The notes: generated by a model from the sequence alone, not told the origin. DNA of 64,000 nucleotides from a bacterium (GCA_031082145.1 JAVHLP010000001.1:301831-365830); one strand, 5' to 3'. Positions 18,836-29,334 are shown, numbered from the stretch's first letter. Made by a program: numbers and translations.

Positions 18836-20169
18836 TGCTCCCTCAGCCTCGGATTGAAGACGCGATCAAGGGCGAACCCCAGCATGGCAAAACCGAGCCC
18901 GGTGAACATGAGCAGGGACGCCGGCGCCAGGACCCAGTAATAGTGCCCGGCATACAGGGCCCCGTTGCTGAAGGCGTCGTTCAGCACCTTGCCCCAGGTG
19001 GGCAAGATCGGATCGCCCAGGCCCAGCACGGCCAGGGTGGCCTCCAGGAACACGAAGCCGGGGATCAAGGTGACGAACTGGGGAACCAGGACCGGTATGA
19101 CCCGGGGGACCAGGTACAGGAAGACGATCCGGGGATTGCTGGCCCCGTAGGCCCGGGCCGCCTCCACGTAGGGGGCTTCCTTAACCTGCAGGAACATGGC
19201 CCGGAAAGTCCGGATCCCGGTGAAGATCCCCATAAATATGACCACGCCCAAGATCACCCAGATGCTCCGGGAGTACAGCATACCGACCATGATCAGGACA
19301 ACCAGGCCCGGCACGATCAGGAAGACCTCGTTGAGCCGCTGGATCAACCCGTCCACCCAGCCTCTGTACCAGGCGGCAATGGCCGCGAGGAGGAGCGTGG
19401 TCAAGGTGGAACCGACGGCCGCCAGCAGGCCGAAAGCCATCGCTATGGGCGCGCCCCAGATCAGGGCCACCGTTATGTCCCGGCGCATGTGGTCGGTGCC
19501 GGCCAGGCCATGGAGTTGCCCGTAGAGCACGAAGCTGACTTCAAAATCGGATTCTGGCTCGAAGACGACGCCATCCACAACCAGCTCGTAGCGTCCCTTG
19601 AGCGGCCTCGGCGGGTCCGACCCCGGTTCGGCGAACATGCCGATATGGGCTTCCCGTCCGAACATCTCCGTCACCCGCCGGTCCTGGGAGATGCGGTAGG
19701 CATCCTTGGCCCGCAACCTCTGCCCCAGGAGGGGATACTCCCTGCCGTCGGGAGTCCGCCAGGTGAAGGAGACATGCGGGCTCAACGCCTTGAAGTCGGC
19801 CGTCATGAAGACGGCGACCTCGCGGGGAAACTCGTCGTACTGGAAGTCGACGGGGAAGGTGATCGTGATGTCGGCGTCGCCACCCTCGAAGTCCTCGCGG
19901 TCCTTCAACTCCGGGCTACTGGCGCTCCCCAAGAGCATGGTAGGCGGCCGCTTCACCTTCAGGAAGAAGTTAAGCCAGGCCGGTGGAGCCTGCCGGGGAT
20001 TGAGTTCCCACACCCCTTCACCGCCTCGCCAGAGAGTGACCGCCCTGGTCTGCCCCAGGCCAATCAAGGCATAGACGGCAAGCAACACCAGAAGCATGAT
20101 AATGGCCCCGCCGGCCACCGCCGAGGGGTAGCGGCTGAGTTCCTGGAACCGAGCCCGCCAGCTGCTCAT
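18832..20169 (-). CDS. ABC transporter permease (OppC/DppC-like) with a long N-terminal extracytoplasmic extension.
   Basis: C-terminal ABC TM1 domain with the EAA-like region. 445 aa, versus ~300 for typical OppC. Confidence 0.8.
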   Translation of the reverse strand: MSSWRARFQELSRYPSAVAGGAIIMLLVLLAVYALIGLGQTRAVTLWRGGEGVWELNPRQAPPAWLNFFLKVKRPPTMLLGSASSPELKDREDFEGGDADITITFPVDFQYDEFPREVAVFMTADFKALSPHVSFTWRTPDGREYPLLGQRLRAKDAYRISQDRRVTEMFGREAHIGMFAEPGSDPPRPLKGRYELVVDGVVFEPESDFEVSFVLYGQLHGLAGTDHMRRDITVALIWGAPIAMAFGLLAAVGSTLTTLLLAAIAAWYRGWVDGLIQRLNEVFLIVPGLVVLIMVGMLYSRSIWVILGVVIFMGIFTGIRTFRAMFLQVKEAPYVEAARAYGASNPRIVFLYLVPRVIPVLVPQFVTLIPGFVFLEATLAVLGLGDPILPTWGKVLNDAFSNGALYAGHYYWVLAPASLLMFTGLGFAMLGFALDRVFNPRLREQ

Positions 20170-21287
20170 TGCTCGCTCCTCCCCCCGACCCCGACCCGCG
20201 GGTCCAAAATGGCGTACACGATCTCCAGGACAAAGACGGTCATGGCCAGGAGATAGGCATAGATGACCTGGGCGCCCACGATCACCGGGGTATCGTACAG
20301 ACCGATGGCCTGCCAGAGCAACCGGCCCAGGCCGGGCCAGCGGAAGACCGTCTCCAAGACGATGGCCCCCGTCCAGAGAGCGATGACCATGAACGCGAAG
20401 GCGGTGACGATGGCCGGCAGCGTCGGTCGCAGGATGTACCGGCGCTCCACGGTCCGCGAGGACAGCCCCTTGGCCTTGGCCATCTCCACGTAGTCCTCAC
20501 GAGAGAAGATCAGGAAGAAGGTCCGCCAGAAGTAGATGGCCTGGAAAACAGCTCCCATCATGATGGCGGTGACGGGCAGGACCAGGTGCTTGAGCAGGCT
20601 CAAGGCATACCGCCAGGTCTCCGCCGGAGGCGGCGTGGCCACCATCCCGCCGAACGGCATCACCTTCAGCACGGCGGCGAAGATCAGGATCAGGAAGATC
20701 CCGTAGAACCAGGCCGGCGCGGCAGAAGTGGGCGCCAGGGCCACCAAGATGCGGTCCAGGGTGCTGGCGTAGCGCTGGGAAAGGTACAGGGCGGTGAAAA
20801 CGGCGGTGAAGAAGAGGAGGATCTGACCCGTGAACATGAGGTAGAGAGTCGGTGGCAGGCGCTCCAACAGGATCAGCCGTACCTGCCGGGATCCGGAGTC
20901 GCTGAACAGCTGCTCCGCCCGGCCCAGGTTGAGAGTCAGCGCGTTGCGCAGGTAAGTGAAGCTCCTGATCATGAAGGGTGTGTTCAGGCCCAGTCGCTCT
21001 TCCTCCAGCGCCACGATCTGGTCCATCAGGGCCACGCGTTCCTCGGCAGGCATCATCTGGACATCGGGGTTGTTCAGGAAGAACATCCCGACGCCCTCCC
21101 GGATCTGGGCCTTGCGGATCACGTCCACGTGGCCACCCATGTTCGCGATGAGGATCACGATGTAGACGGCGACTACCATCGTGGCGAGGATGGCTACCAA
21201 GCGGGTGGCGGTGTACCTGGCGACCCGGATCAGGCTTCTGGTAGCCGCCCCGGTGCCGCGTCGTGCGGGTGTGGGTCCGATGGCCAT
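20166..21287 (-). CDS. ABC transporter permease (OppB/DppB-like).
   Basis: BPD-transport permease fold. Start overlaps the OppC stop. Confidence 0.85.
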   Translation of the reverse strand: MAIGPTPARRGTGAATRSLIRVARYTATRLVAILATMVVAVYIVILIANMGGHVDVIRKAQIREGVGMFFLNNPDVQMMPAEERVALMDQIVALEEERLGLNTPFMIRSFTYLRNALTLNLGRAEQLFSDSGSRQVRLILLERLPPTLYLMFTGQILLFFTAVFTALYLSQRYASTLDRILVALAPTSAAPAWFYGIFLILIFAAVLKVMPFGGMVATPPPAETWRYALSLLKHLVLPVTAIMMGAVFQAIYFWRTFFLIFSREDYVEMAKAKGLSSRTVERRYILRPTLPAIVTAFAFMVIALWTGAIVLETVFRWPGLGRLLWQAIGLYDTPVIVGAQVIYAYLLAMTVFVLEIVYAILDPRVGVGGRSEQ

Positions 21288-21361
21288 GTTGGTTGTTTCA
21301 CCCCAGGGCTGCCGCCGGAGAGACGGGGCGCGGGGCCCGGCCCCGCGCCCCCTGTGCTCTC

Positions 21362-23818
21362 CTAGCGGCGGATGACGACGTCGAGCGAACCGAAGGCGGG
21401 GATGCTCACCATCTTGGATACCACCACGGCCTCGATCTCGGCGGTGCCGATCGGAAGAGCGCCGGTGTGGGCGGCGGTAAGGCTAACCCGCCACAGCCCG
21501 TCGCGCACGGCGGTAGCCGGACCCTGCAGGGCGAGTTCGCCTGCGGCGTCAAACAGGAGGAACTTGACCTCCTGGATGTCGGCTATCTTGTAGTCGGCGC
21601 CGTTGGTGGTCACCTTGACGTCGAAGCTGGCCGCCGTTCCCGGGACTATCCGGGCCGGGCCACTGACCGTCACCGTAGCCAGCATGGGAGCCCCGAAGAG
21701 GTCCCACTTGCCGGCCGGGTCGTGGAAGCCGGTGTAGTTGCGGACGACGACCGTCTTCTCAACCGGGTAGACCTTCTCGATATACAGCGGGCCGTTGGCT
21801 ACCCACATGTGACCCTTCTCGGCCCACCAGCGGGTCAGGTTCGACCAGCGCTCCCACGCCTCGAAGGACGTGATGAAGCCGCCCAGAGTCGGGGCGTAGG
21901 GGATGTACTTCTCGCGGAGCACCCGCGGCAGGTGGTTCCGGAGAATCTGCAGGCTGGGCCCGGCGACGAAGTTCATCCACTCCACCTTGTTAGCGGTGGC
22001 CTTGCCCGAAGAGAAGGCGAGCTTGCCCTCGGCCTCGGTCAGGACGCCGATGGCGATGGTGTGCCACGGACCGGGACCCTGCGCGTAGTCCGGCCACATA
22101 GCCTCATTGGCCACGCAGACCTCGGCGTCGAGCGTGTAACGATCGCTGTAGTGCTCGATCACCAGCGGGTTGCGGGATGCGATCCGCCAGCCCTTGAAGT
22201 GCGTCTGGAAGGACTTGAAAGCGGGGACGGCAGCGGAGTCGTAGATGGCGCTGTCGGGGTTCGCCCGGTCGAAGGGAAGGATCATGCTCATGACGATGTC
22301 GGCCGCCGAGAACCGGCTGCCGTCATGCCACTTGATCTGGTACAGGTCCCTCGGATAGTGGAAGACGACCTTCTTGTTGGCCGTCAGCCCCGCGGGGAAC
22401 TTCTCACCGACGGTGATCCACTTCTGGGTCTTGGCGTTCCAGTCTATGTAGGCGTCGGTGGGTACCTTGATCTCATCATGGAAGGTCAGGGACACCCAGT
22501 CGCTGGTCTTGGTTACCGGCAGTCCCTTCTTCATATGGACCTCGGCCCGATCCAGCCGCTGGGGCATGTGCAGCCCGGTGTACGGGTTGGGGTAGACCAG
22601 GTGGTCGCGGCAGCCCCGGATCAGCATCATGTCGAAGAGCCAGTTGCTACCGGCCACCGGGTTCCACGGGTTGGTCAGCATGCTCGGAAGCGCGATCCTG
22701 AGCGATGCGCCGACCTTGTTGTGGTCCTTGATGGTGTGGCCCCACAGCCAGGCGCCGGAGACGCCACCGGCCAGGTCGGCGGCCATGGTGATGTTCTTGT
22801 GCTTGGGGAAGTAGCTGAGCCGCTCCACCAGCCAGACGCGTACCGAGTCCTTCATGGACAGCTCGAGGACCTTGGCGTAAAGCTCGTTGCGCTCCGCGAT
22901 GGTCTTGAAGTCGGAGCGGGCCAGCCGGTTGGAGAGCTGGTCGAACTCGGGGTCGACCTTGTAGTTGACCCACAAGGTGTCCGACCGGCCACGGCTGGTG
23001 TAGAAGAAGTCGAAGTTACCGCCCTGGTCGCGGGCGATAACGGTGGTGCTCCAGCCGCCGGTGCAGATGTTCCACTTGCCTTCGTTGGGATCGCCGGTCA
23101 TCCAGATCGGGCCCGCCTGCGCGGCCGTCACGTAGCGGCGTTCAACGGTGAAGCCAAGCCCTTCCAGCAACCCGGCGACGTAGTCGCCGATCAGGCGGCG
23201 CTCGTCCTCGGTCCGGATCAGGAAGACGCACTCAACCGGCTTGCCCTGGTACATCCACTTGCCGCCGGAAAGGCTCGCGCCGAGCTTCACCATTTCCTCG
23301 TCGATGACCTTCTTGGCCCGGGCGGGGTCGTGGGCGTACTTGCGCTCAAGCACCCGGGCGATGTCGGCTACCCGGGCATAGTCCGGGAATACGGAGTTGA
23401 TGGCGAAGTAACGCGGCTTAGCCAGCCCGCCGTGGTGCTCGCTGACGATGTAGTCCCGGTCCACAAGCCAGTTCATGGCCTCGCGGATGCGGGCTACCCC
23501 CCACGGGTTCAGCCGGCCGTCGGTGAACTTGGTTATGGGGTTGAAGGTCAGCTCGGTATAGAGCCCGAACGACGGGTAGGCGTCCAGGTTGGGGGCCGCC
23601 AGGACCCGCCCGTACTGCTCCGGGTTGGAGATGGTCTGGGCGAAGACCTGGATATCGCCGGCCTCCAACCGGGTGATACCCTTGGATATGTCCGGCTCCT
23701 CGACGAAGACGACCTCGTCCACCCAGGCGCCCCGGCGGACGGCCTGGGCACCGGCGGTCGCCGACACCGCGAAGACCATTGAGACGAGCAAAATCAGGGC
23801 GACAAACCTCTTGCTCAT
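21362..23818 (-). CDS. Family-5 extracellular solute-binding protein (OppA/DppA-like) with a ~200-aa C-terminal extension.
   Basis: ATG at 23818 with GGGAGGTG 8 nt upstream. Signal peptide MSKRFVALILLVSMVFAVSATAGAQA. SBP_bac_5 core. Extra C-terminal beta-rich region. Confidence 0.8.
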   Translation of the reverse strand: MSKRFVALILLVSMVFAVSATAGAQAVRRGAWVDEVVFVEEPDISKGITRLEAGDIQVFAQTISNPEQYGRVLAAPNLDAYPSFGLYTELTFNPITKFTDGRLNPWGVARIREAMNWLVDRDYIVSEHHGGLAKPRYFAINSVFPDYARVADIARVLERKYAHDPARAKKVIDEEMVKLGASLSGGKWMYQGKPVECVFLIRTEDERRLIGDYVAGLLEGLGFTVERRYVTAAQAGPIWMTGDPNEGKWNICTGGWSTTVIARDQGGNFDFFYTSRGRSDTLWVNYKVDPEFDQLSNRLARSDFKTIAERNELYAKVLELSMKDSVRVWLVERLSYFPKHKNITMAADLAGGVSGAWLWGHTIKDHNKVGASLRIALPSMLTNPWNPVAGSNWLFDMMLIRGCRDHLVYPNPYTGLHMPQRLDRAEVHMKKGLPVTKTSDWVSLTFHDEIKVPTDAYIDWNAKTQKWITVGEKFPAGLTANKKVVFHYPRDLYQIKWHDGSRFSAADIVMSMILPFDRANPDSAIYDSAAVPAFKSFQTHFKGWRIASRNPLVIEHYSDRYTLDAEVCVANEAMWPDYAQGPGPWHTIAIGVLTEAEGKLAFSSGKATANKVEWMNFVAGPSLQILRNHLPRVLREKYIPYAPTLGGFITSFEAWERWSNLTRWWAEKGHMWVANGPLYIEKVYPVEKTVVVRNYTGFHDPAGKWDLFGAPMLATVTVSGPARIVPGTAASFDVKVTTNGADYKIADIQEVKFLLFDAAGELALQGPATAVRDGLWRVSLTAAHTGALPIGTAEIEAVVVSKMVSIPAFGSLDVVIRR

Positions 23819-24321
23819 ACTACCCGCACCTCCCAAATCTTGCGGTCGAACCTGTATATCGCCGATTTCGGTTGCCACTCAACCGGCTCCCGCGCACCCC
23901 CCTCCTCACGTTTCTGGATATACCGTCGCATGGACACCAACGGTACCCGGACCAGCCCAACAGTAGCCCGGGTTAAGCAGGGTAATTCCTCCAGTCCCCT
24001 TGAGTTCCCTCTTAAGGGTCCTGGTTGATGACCGCAAATTTCGACACCAGCCGGCAATAGACCTCCTCCGAGCGGATCTCTTTTTTGGGCGCCTCCCTCG
24101 CCGATCCTGTCCCGTGACATCGGTTGACCCACCGATACCCGCGTGCGGGGCACGATTGCCGAGTGGGTCAGGTGCATTCACCATTGGCATTGCGATCTCC
24201 TTCCCCGTTCCGCTCCGGCGCAGCATGAGGCACATATGGGTCCAACTCAAGAGATCCCCATGAAGAGTAGGGAACCGGCAGTGGAGGGCTGCCGCCCGGG
24301 GAAGCAGGGGAGTCGGGGACT

Positions 24322-25239
24322 TTAGCGAGCCTTCGCCGCCGCCTTGCGCAGGCTCCTGGCTTGCCGGGCCCGCTCGTCCCGCTCCTTCCAGGAACACCAC
24401 AGCGGCCCGGCGACGAAGACCGAGGAGTAGGTGCCGCAGGCGATGCCGATGATGAGGGCTAGGGCGAAGTCCCCGATCGTCTTCCCCCCGAAGAGGTAGA
24501 TGGCGCCCAGGGCCATCAGGGTAGTGAGTGAGGTGTTGATGCAGCGGCTCAAGGACTCGTTGATGCTTCGGTTGACGATCCCGGCGTAGCCCTCCTTGCG
24601 CCGGTCCTTCAGGTTCTCCCGGATACGGTCGTAGATAACGATGGTGGCGTTGATGGAATACCCGACGATGGTCAGCACGGCCGCCACGAAGGGCGCCGTG
24701 ATGGCCAGGCCGAGCAGGGAGAAGGCGCCGACGGTGATGAGGATGTCGTGCAGGATGGCCACCACCCCGGTCACGCCAAAGCGGAACTCGAAGCGGATAC
24801 TGATGTAGAGGATCATGCCCGCCGCGGCGACGGCCAGAGCCAGCATGGCCTCCCGCAGCAACTCGGCTCCGATCAGGGGGTGTACCATCTCGACACCCAT
24901 GGACTCGAAGCCCGCCACCTCCTCCCGGAGGCCGGCGTACAGCTTGGCCCGGGTGGCGTCCTCCAGCGGCGGGGTGCGGACGAAGACCTGCCAGGCCCGG
25001 TCCCGATCGACCTGGATGACCGCCGTCCCGAGGCCGTGTTGGGCGAGCACTGTTCGCAGTTCGCCGGTAGTCACCGGCCTCTCGAAGCTCAGGCTCAGTT
25101 CCGTGCCGCCCGTGAAGTCGATGCCCAGGTTAAGGCCCCGGGTGGCCAGGGAAGCCAGGCCCAGGGCGATGAGCACCAGCGATATCGCGAACCAGATTCT
25201 TCTTCTTCCCACCAGGTCATACCGTGTCAGTTTGAACAT
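24322..25239 (-). CDS. secF: Protein translocase subunit SecF.
   Basis: MFKLTRYDLVGRRRIWFAISLVLIALG...GIDFTGGT SecF N-terminus and a six-TM architecture. Confidence 0.9.
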   Translation of the reverse strand: MFKLTRYDLVGRRRIWFAISLVLIALGLASLATRGLNLGIDFTGGTELSLSFERPVTTGELRTVLAQHGLGTAVIQVDRDRAWQVFVRTPPLEDATRAKLYAGLREEVAGFESMGVEMVHPLIGAELLREAMLALAVAAAGMILYISIRFEFRFGVTGVVAILHDILITVGAFSLLGLAITAPFVAAVLTIVGYSINATIVIYDRIRENLKDRRKEGYAGIVNRSINESLSRCINTSLTTLMALGAIYLFGGKTIGDFALALIIGIACGTYSSVFVAGPLWCSWKERDERARQARSLRKAAAKAR

Positions 25240-25259
25240 CCCCCGGGGATCCCCTCCGT

Positions 25260-26507
25260 CTAGACGCCGAAGAAGAAGCGGGTATTGCGGACCAGATCGG
25301 CCCGTATGAGCTGGCGCAGCAGGAAGCGGGTGATCACCACGGCGGTGAACATGCTGGCCAGAATGCCCAGGGACAACGTCACCGCAAACCCCTGGATGCG
25401 GTCGGACCCGAACTTGTACAGGACGCCGGCGGCGATCAGGGTGGTCACGTTGGCGTCCAGGATGGCCCGGAGGGCCCGGCTGAAACCGCCCTCCACGGCC
25501 GACCGGACGGTCTTGCCCAGACGTAGTTCCTCCCGGATACGCTCGAAGACGATGACGTTGGCATCCACCGCCATCCCCACCGACAGGATGATGCCGGCAA
25601 TCCCCGGCAGCGTGAGAGCGGCGTTGAGGCCGGCCAGGAGCCCCAGGAGGAGGAACACGTAGATGGTGAGGGCCAGGTTGGCCACCAGGCCGGCTCCCCG
25701 GTAGTACAGGACCATGTAGGCGACCACCAGACTGATGCCGATGAGAGCGGCAGTCTTGCTCCTGGCCAGGGAGTCCTGGCCGAGGGTCGCGCTGACCGCC
25801 CGGGTCTCCACCACCCTGAGTTCCACTGGCAGTGCTCCCGAGTTGAGGACGATGGCTACCCGGTTGGCGGCGTCGAGTGACTCATAGCCGGTAATCTCGG
25901 CACTGCCGCCGGTGATGTGATCCTGCACGATGGGCGACTGCACAACCTCTCCGTCCAGGACGATGTGGATGGGTCGCTGGATCAGGCGGGCGGTAGCGTC
26001 GCCGAACTTCCGGGTGCCCTCCGGGTTCAAGGCCAGCAGCACCACGTTGCGCCCTCGCTCAATGGCCGGTTGGGCTTCCTTGAGGTCGGCCCCGGTGATG
26101 ATGGCCTCATACTCCTCGCCCGCCTGCTTGAGCTCGAGGTTCTGATCGTCCAGGAACTCCAGGAGGGCGGTCCGCCCGATAACGTCCAGCGCCCGATCGG
26201 GATCGCCGATCCCGGGAAGCCCCACGATTATGCGGTCGACCCCGATGCGCTGGACCCGGGTTTCTCCCACGCCAAGCCGGTCCACCCGGAAGCGGATGAT
26301 GTCCACCGCCTTGCGCATGCTGTGGTCGTTGACGGCGGCTTGGGGGCTATCGACCGCCTCCAGGAGCACGTGAATGCCGCCCTGCAGTTCCTCGCCTTGC
26401 TTGATCGAGTCCAGCAGGGGGCGCTCGTAGCCGAAGTACCATGCCCCGCTCAAAACCAAGGCGAACACGACCGCCAGGGTCACCAGGCCCTTGAGGCGTT
26501 CCGGCAT
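25260..26507 (-). CDS. secD: Protein translocase subunit SecD.
   Basis: N-terminal TM, periplasmic P1 domain, C-terminal SecD/SecF-type TM bundle. Immediately upstream of secF. Confidence 0.9.
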   Translation of the reverse strand: MPERLKGLVTLAVVFALVLSGAWYFGYERPLLDSIKQGEELQGGIHVLLEAVDSPQAAVNDHSMRKAVDIIRFRVDRLGVGETRVQRIGVDRIIVGLPGIGDPDRALDVIGRTALLEFLDDQNLELKQAGEEYEAIITGADLKEAQPAIERGRNVVLLALNPEGTRKFGDATARLIQRPIHIVLDGEVVQSPIVQDHITGGSAEITGYESLDAANRVAIVLNSGALPVELRVVETRAVSATLGQDSLARSKTAALIGISLVVAYMVLYYRGAGLVANLALTIYVFLLLGLLAGLNAALTLPGIAGIILSVGMAVDANVIVFERIREELRLGKTVRSAVEGGFSRALRAILDANVTTLIAAGVLYKFGSDRIQGFAVTLSLGILASMFTAVVITRFLLRQLIRADLVRNTRFFFGV

Positions 26508-26542
26508 GTTCCCACCCTCCCGAGACGGACAAGCCGAACCTT

Positions 26543-26571
26543 ATTATAACGGCAAGCCGCAGAGACGTCAA
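26543..26571 (-). promoter_or_regulatory. Sigma-A-type promoter for secDF, within a local AT-rich island.
   Basis: Minus strand TTGACG (26571..26566), 17 nt, TATAAT (26548..26543), ~35 nt upstream of the secD ATG. This is the only strongly AT-rich 60-nt stretch in this part of the window. Confidence 0.5.
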
Positions 26572-26582
26572 TTTACATAATG

Positions 26583-27245
26583 TCAGATCAGCTTCTGCTC
26601 GTTGATGGTGAGCGCGAAGCGGCACCCCAGGAAGGCGGCGGCTCTACGGCAGAGGACCATGCGGGTTAGGAAGATCTCGAAGTAGTCCATCACCGAAGCC
26701 GACGCCGTGTCCGTGCGCAGTTCCAGGGTGACCGTCCGCCGCCGGCCGTCCACCCGCAGGAAGGAGTGCTGTACGGCATGGTTCACCCGGTCGTGGATGT
26801 CGAAGGTGCTGGGGTCCTGGTTCCTGACCCGGGACCGGTGAACATCCGACTTGTCGGCCAGGAACAGCGCTGCCGACAGGTTGTTGACCGGCACCGCCTC
26901 GTCACCGTGGTTGCCGATGGCCCCCGCCACCAGGGCCGCTTCTTCCGGCGGCATTCCCAGCCGGCGCAAGATGCCCAGCGCCAGTTGCGCCCCGACCTGC
27001 TCGTGCCCGTGGCGGCTGATGACGTTCCCGACGTCGTGAAGGTAGCCAGCAATGGAGCCCAGTTCGGCCTCCCGCTCGGGGAAGCCGAGATGGGTCAACA
27101 CGTTGGCGGCGATGCTGGCCACCAGGCCGGCGTGACGATGGCCGTGCTCGGTGAAGCCCATGGCGCCGAGGAACTCCTCACCCCGTTGAAGGTAGACTCG
27201 CACCTCGGCGTCTCGCTTCACATCGTCCAGGCTGACCCGGGTCAC
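26583..27245 (-). CDS. HD-domain phosphohydrolase.
   Basis: HGHRHAGLVAS...YLHDVGN...HGHEQVGA HD motif set. 220 aa. Confidence 0.7.
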   Translation of the reverse strand: MTRVSLDDVKRDAEVRVYLQRGEEFLGAMGFTEHGHRHAGLVASIAANVLTHLGFPEREAELGSIAGYLHDVGNVISRHGHEQVGAQLALGILRRLGMPPEEAALVAGAIGNHGDEAVPVNNLSAALFLADKSDVHRSRVRNQDPSTFDIHDRVNHAVQHSFLRVDGRRRTVTLELRTDTASASVMDYFEIFLTRMVLCRRAAAFLGCRFALTINEQKLI

Positions 27246-27282
27246 CCCACCACCCCCCCGGGCACCGGGCCGGGAATGAGAA

Positions 27283-27612
27283 TCAGAGCGCCGGCCCCAG
27301 CCGCCGGTTCAAGTCAGCCTGCGAGACCGGACCCATGATCCGCTCCCGCTCCTCCCCGCCCTGGAAAAAAATCAGGGTGGGTATGCTCATGACCCGGTAG
27401 CGCCCGGGCGTCTCCGGGTTGTCATCCGTGTTCATCTTGAGCACGACGACCTTGCCGGCGTTCTCGGCGGCAAACGCCTCCAGGTTCGGCGCCAGCCTGC
27501 GGCAGGGCCCGCACCAGGGCGCCCAGAAGTCCACCAGCACCGGCCCTTCCGCCTCCAGCACCCGGGAAGCGAACTCCCCGTCCGTCACCGTTCCCACATG
27601 CTCCCCCGCCAT
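27283..27612 (-). CDS. trxA: Thioredoxin.
   Basis: WAPWCGPCR active site, 109 aa. Confidence 0.9.
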   Translation of the reverse strand: MAGEHVGTVTDGEFASRVLEAEGPVLVDFWAPWCGPCRRLAPNLEAFAAENAGKVVVLKMNTDDNPETPGRYRVMSIPTLIFFQGGEERERIMGPVSQADLNRRLGPAL

Positions 27613-27615
27613 GCC

Positions 27616-28539
27616 TCAACCTCCTTCTCCCACCAGGTACTTCTCGGCCGCGATGGCCGCCGCGGCGCCGTCGGCCACCGCCGTCACGATCTGGCGGAGC
27701 TCCTTGGACCGGACGTCGCCGGCCGCGAACACGCCACGGAGTGACGTGGTGGTGTCCTCGCCGGCGAGGACGTAGCCACCCCTGTCCAGTGCCAACTGGC
27801 CCCCCAGGAAGCCGGTCACCGGATCGGCTCCCACGTAGATGAAGACGCCGTCGACCTCGAGCCGGGACTCCTTACCAGCGCTGAGGAGGTTGACCGCCTC
27901 GACCTGGTCGCCACCTTCGATGGCCGTCACCACCGTGTTCCAGTGCCAGGCGAGGCGGGGGTTCTCCTCGGCGCGCCGCCGGGCCACCTCGGCCGCCCGC
28001 AGGCGATCGCGCCGGTGCACGATGCTGACCTTGCGGGCGAACCGGGTGAGAAAGAGAGCTTCCTCCACGGCGGCGTTGCCGCCACCGACCACCACCAACT
28101 CCCGATCCCGGAAGAAGGCCCCGTCGCAAGTAGCGCAGTAGGAGACACCCCGCCCCCGCAGGCGGTCCTCGCCGGGAACGCCCAGCTTACGAGGTCCGGC
28201 CCCGGTAGCCACGATCACTGCCAGAGCCTGGATCTCCTCATCCGCTGTGAAGATGGTCTTGACCCGGCCTTCCAGGCGAACTCCGGTGGCCGGGACAGGC
28301 AGCCATCCGGCTCCTTGCCGCAGGGCACCCTGTTCGAGCCGGGCCGCCAGTTCGGCCCCGTCCACGCCATCGGGGAAGCCGGGGTAGTTCTCGACGCGGT
28401 GCACGTTGGCGACTTGCCCCCCGGCCAGCCCTGGCTCCAGCACCAGGGTCGACAAGCCTCCCCGGGCCGCATACAAGGCCGCAGCCAGCCCCGCGGGTCC
28501 TCCACCGATGACCACGACATCCTGAATATCCCTGGCCAT
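27616..28539 (-). CDS. trxB: Thioredoxin-disulfide reductase.
   Basis: VVIGGGPAG FAD motif, CATCDG redox-active disulfide, GGGNAA NADPH motif. Confidence 0.9.
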   Translation of the reverse strand: MARDIQDVVVIGGGPAGLAAALYAARGGLSTLVLEPGLAGGQVANVHRVENYPGFPDGVDGAELAARLEQGALRQGAGWLPVPATGVRLEGRVKTIFTADEEIQALAVIVATGAGPRKLGVPGEDRLRGRGVSYCATCDGAFFRDRELVVVGGGNAAVEEALFLTRFARKVSIVHRRDRLRAAEVARRRAEENPRLAWHWNTVVTAIEGGDQVEAVNLLSAGKESRLEVDGVFIYVGADPVTGFLGGQLALDRGGYVLAGEDTTTSLRGVFAAGDVRSKELRQIVTAVADGAAAAIAAEKYLVGEGG

Positions 28540-28551
28540 ATCTTTACCTGT

Positions 28552-29334
28552 TTACCGCGGGGAGGCTCCCGTTTCCTTCCCGGGTTGCCGGACACTGCCC
28601 CTCCTGGCGTCCAGGCGGCTCTGGCGGATGACCTCCCGGTGGGCCATCAGGTCCATCTGATCGTCCAGCACTTCGAGCTCCGCCTCGCCGTAGCGTCGCT
28701 CCAGGGCCAGAGCGATCAGCCGGTCGGCAAACCAGGGATTACCGGGCAGCAGCGGGCCGTGCAAGTACGTCCCGAAAGCATTCCGGTAGAAGGCCCCCTC
28801 GGTGCCATCTCGCCCGTTGTTGCCGTACCCCCACAGTACCTTCCCCAAGGGTCTGGCGACCGGACCCAGGGTCGTCCGGCCACCGTGGTTCTCGAACCCC
28901 GCCAGTGTCCCGCCCTCGGCAGCGACAGCTATGTGGCCCACCAGACGGCCGTCACCACCCTCGGTTACCAGGTCGAAGACACCCACGCCGGGGAAAGTCT
29001 CCCCGCCCGCCGTCACATAGTATTTCCCCAGCAACTGATAGGCGCCGCAGACGGCCAGCAGGCAGACGCCATCCTCGACGGCCGCGGCCAACGCATGGCC
29101 GCGGTCCCCGGCCAGATCCCGGGAGACCAGTCGCTGTTCCCGATCCTGGCCGCCGCCGATAACGATCACGTCATAAGCCCCGTAGTCGATCCGGGCACCC
29201 AGGCTCGCGGTCTCCACGCGGGGATCGATGCCGTGCCAGCGGCACCGCGCCCGCAGGGCCAGCACATTGCCGCGGTCCCCGTACAGGTTCATGAGTTCCG
29301 GGTAGAGATGGAGAATTCGCAGGCTCCGGCGCAT
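28552..29334 (-). CDS. gatD: Lipid II isoglutaminyl synthase glutaminase subunit GatD (CobQ/CobB-type GATase).
   Basis: Class-I GATase fold (LAVCGAYQLLG catalytic Cys, H-G-P-L-L-P His region), immediately downstream of a MurT-type Mur ligase. Confidence 0.75.
   Translation of the reverse strand: MRRSLRILHLYPELMNLYGDRGNVLALRARCRWHGIDPRVETASLGARIDYGAYDVIVIGGGQDREQRLVSRDLAGDRGHALAAAVEDGVCLLAVCGAYQLLGKYYVTAGGETFPGVGVFDLVTEGGDGRLVGHIAVAAEGGTLAGFENHGGRTTLGPVARPLGKVLWGYGNNGRDGTEGAFYRNAFGTYLHGPLLPGNPWFADRLIALALERRYGEAELEVLDDQMDLMAHREVIRQSRLDARRGSVRQPGKETGASPR

Noticed and set aside
17002-21365. Plus-strand ORFs of 283, 220, 473 and 398 aa
   Set aside because: Antisense to the oppF/oppD/oppC/oppB-like genes, which have strong ABC-transporter motifs.
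21263-23782. 839-aa plus-strand ORF
   Set aside because: Antisense to the family-5 solute-binding protein. Gly/Val/Asp-rich with no domain signal.
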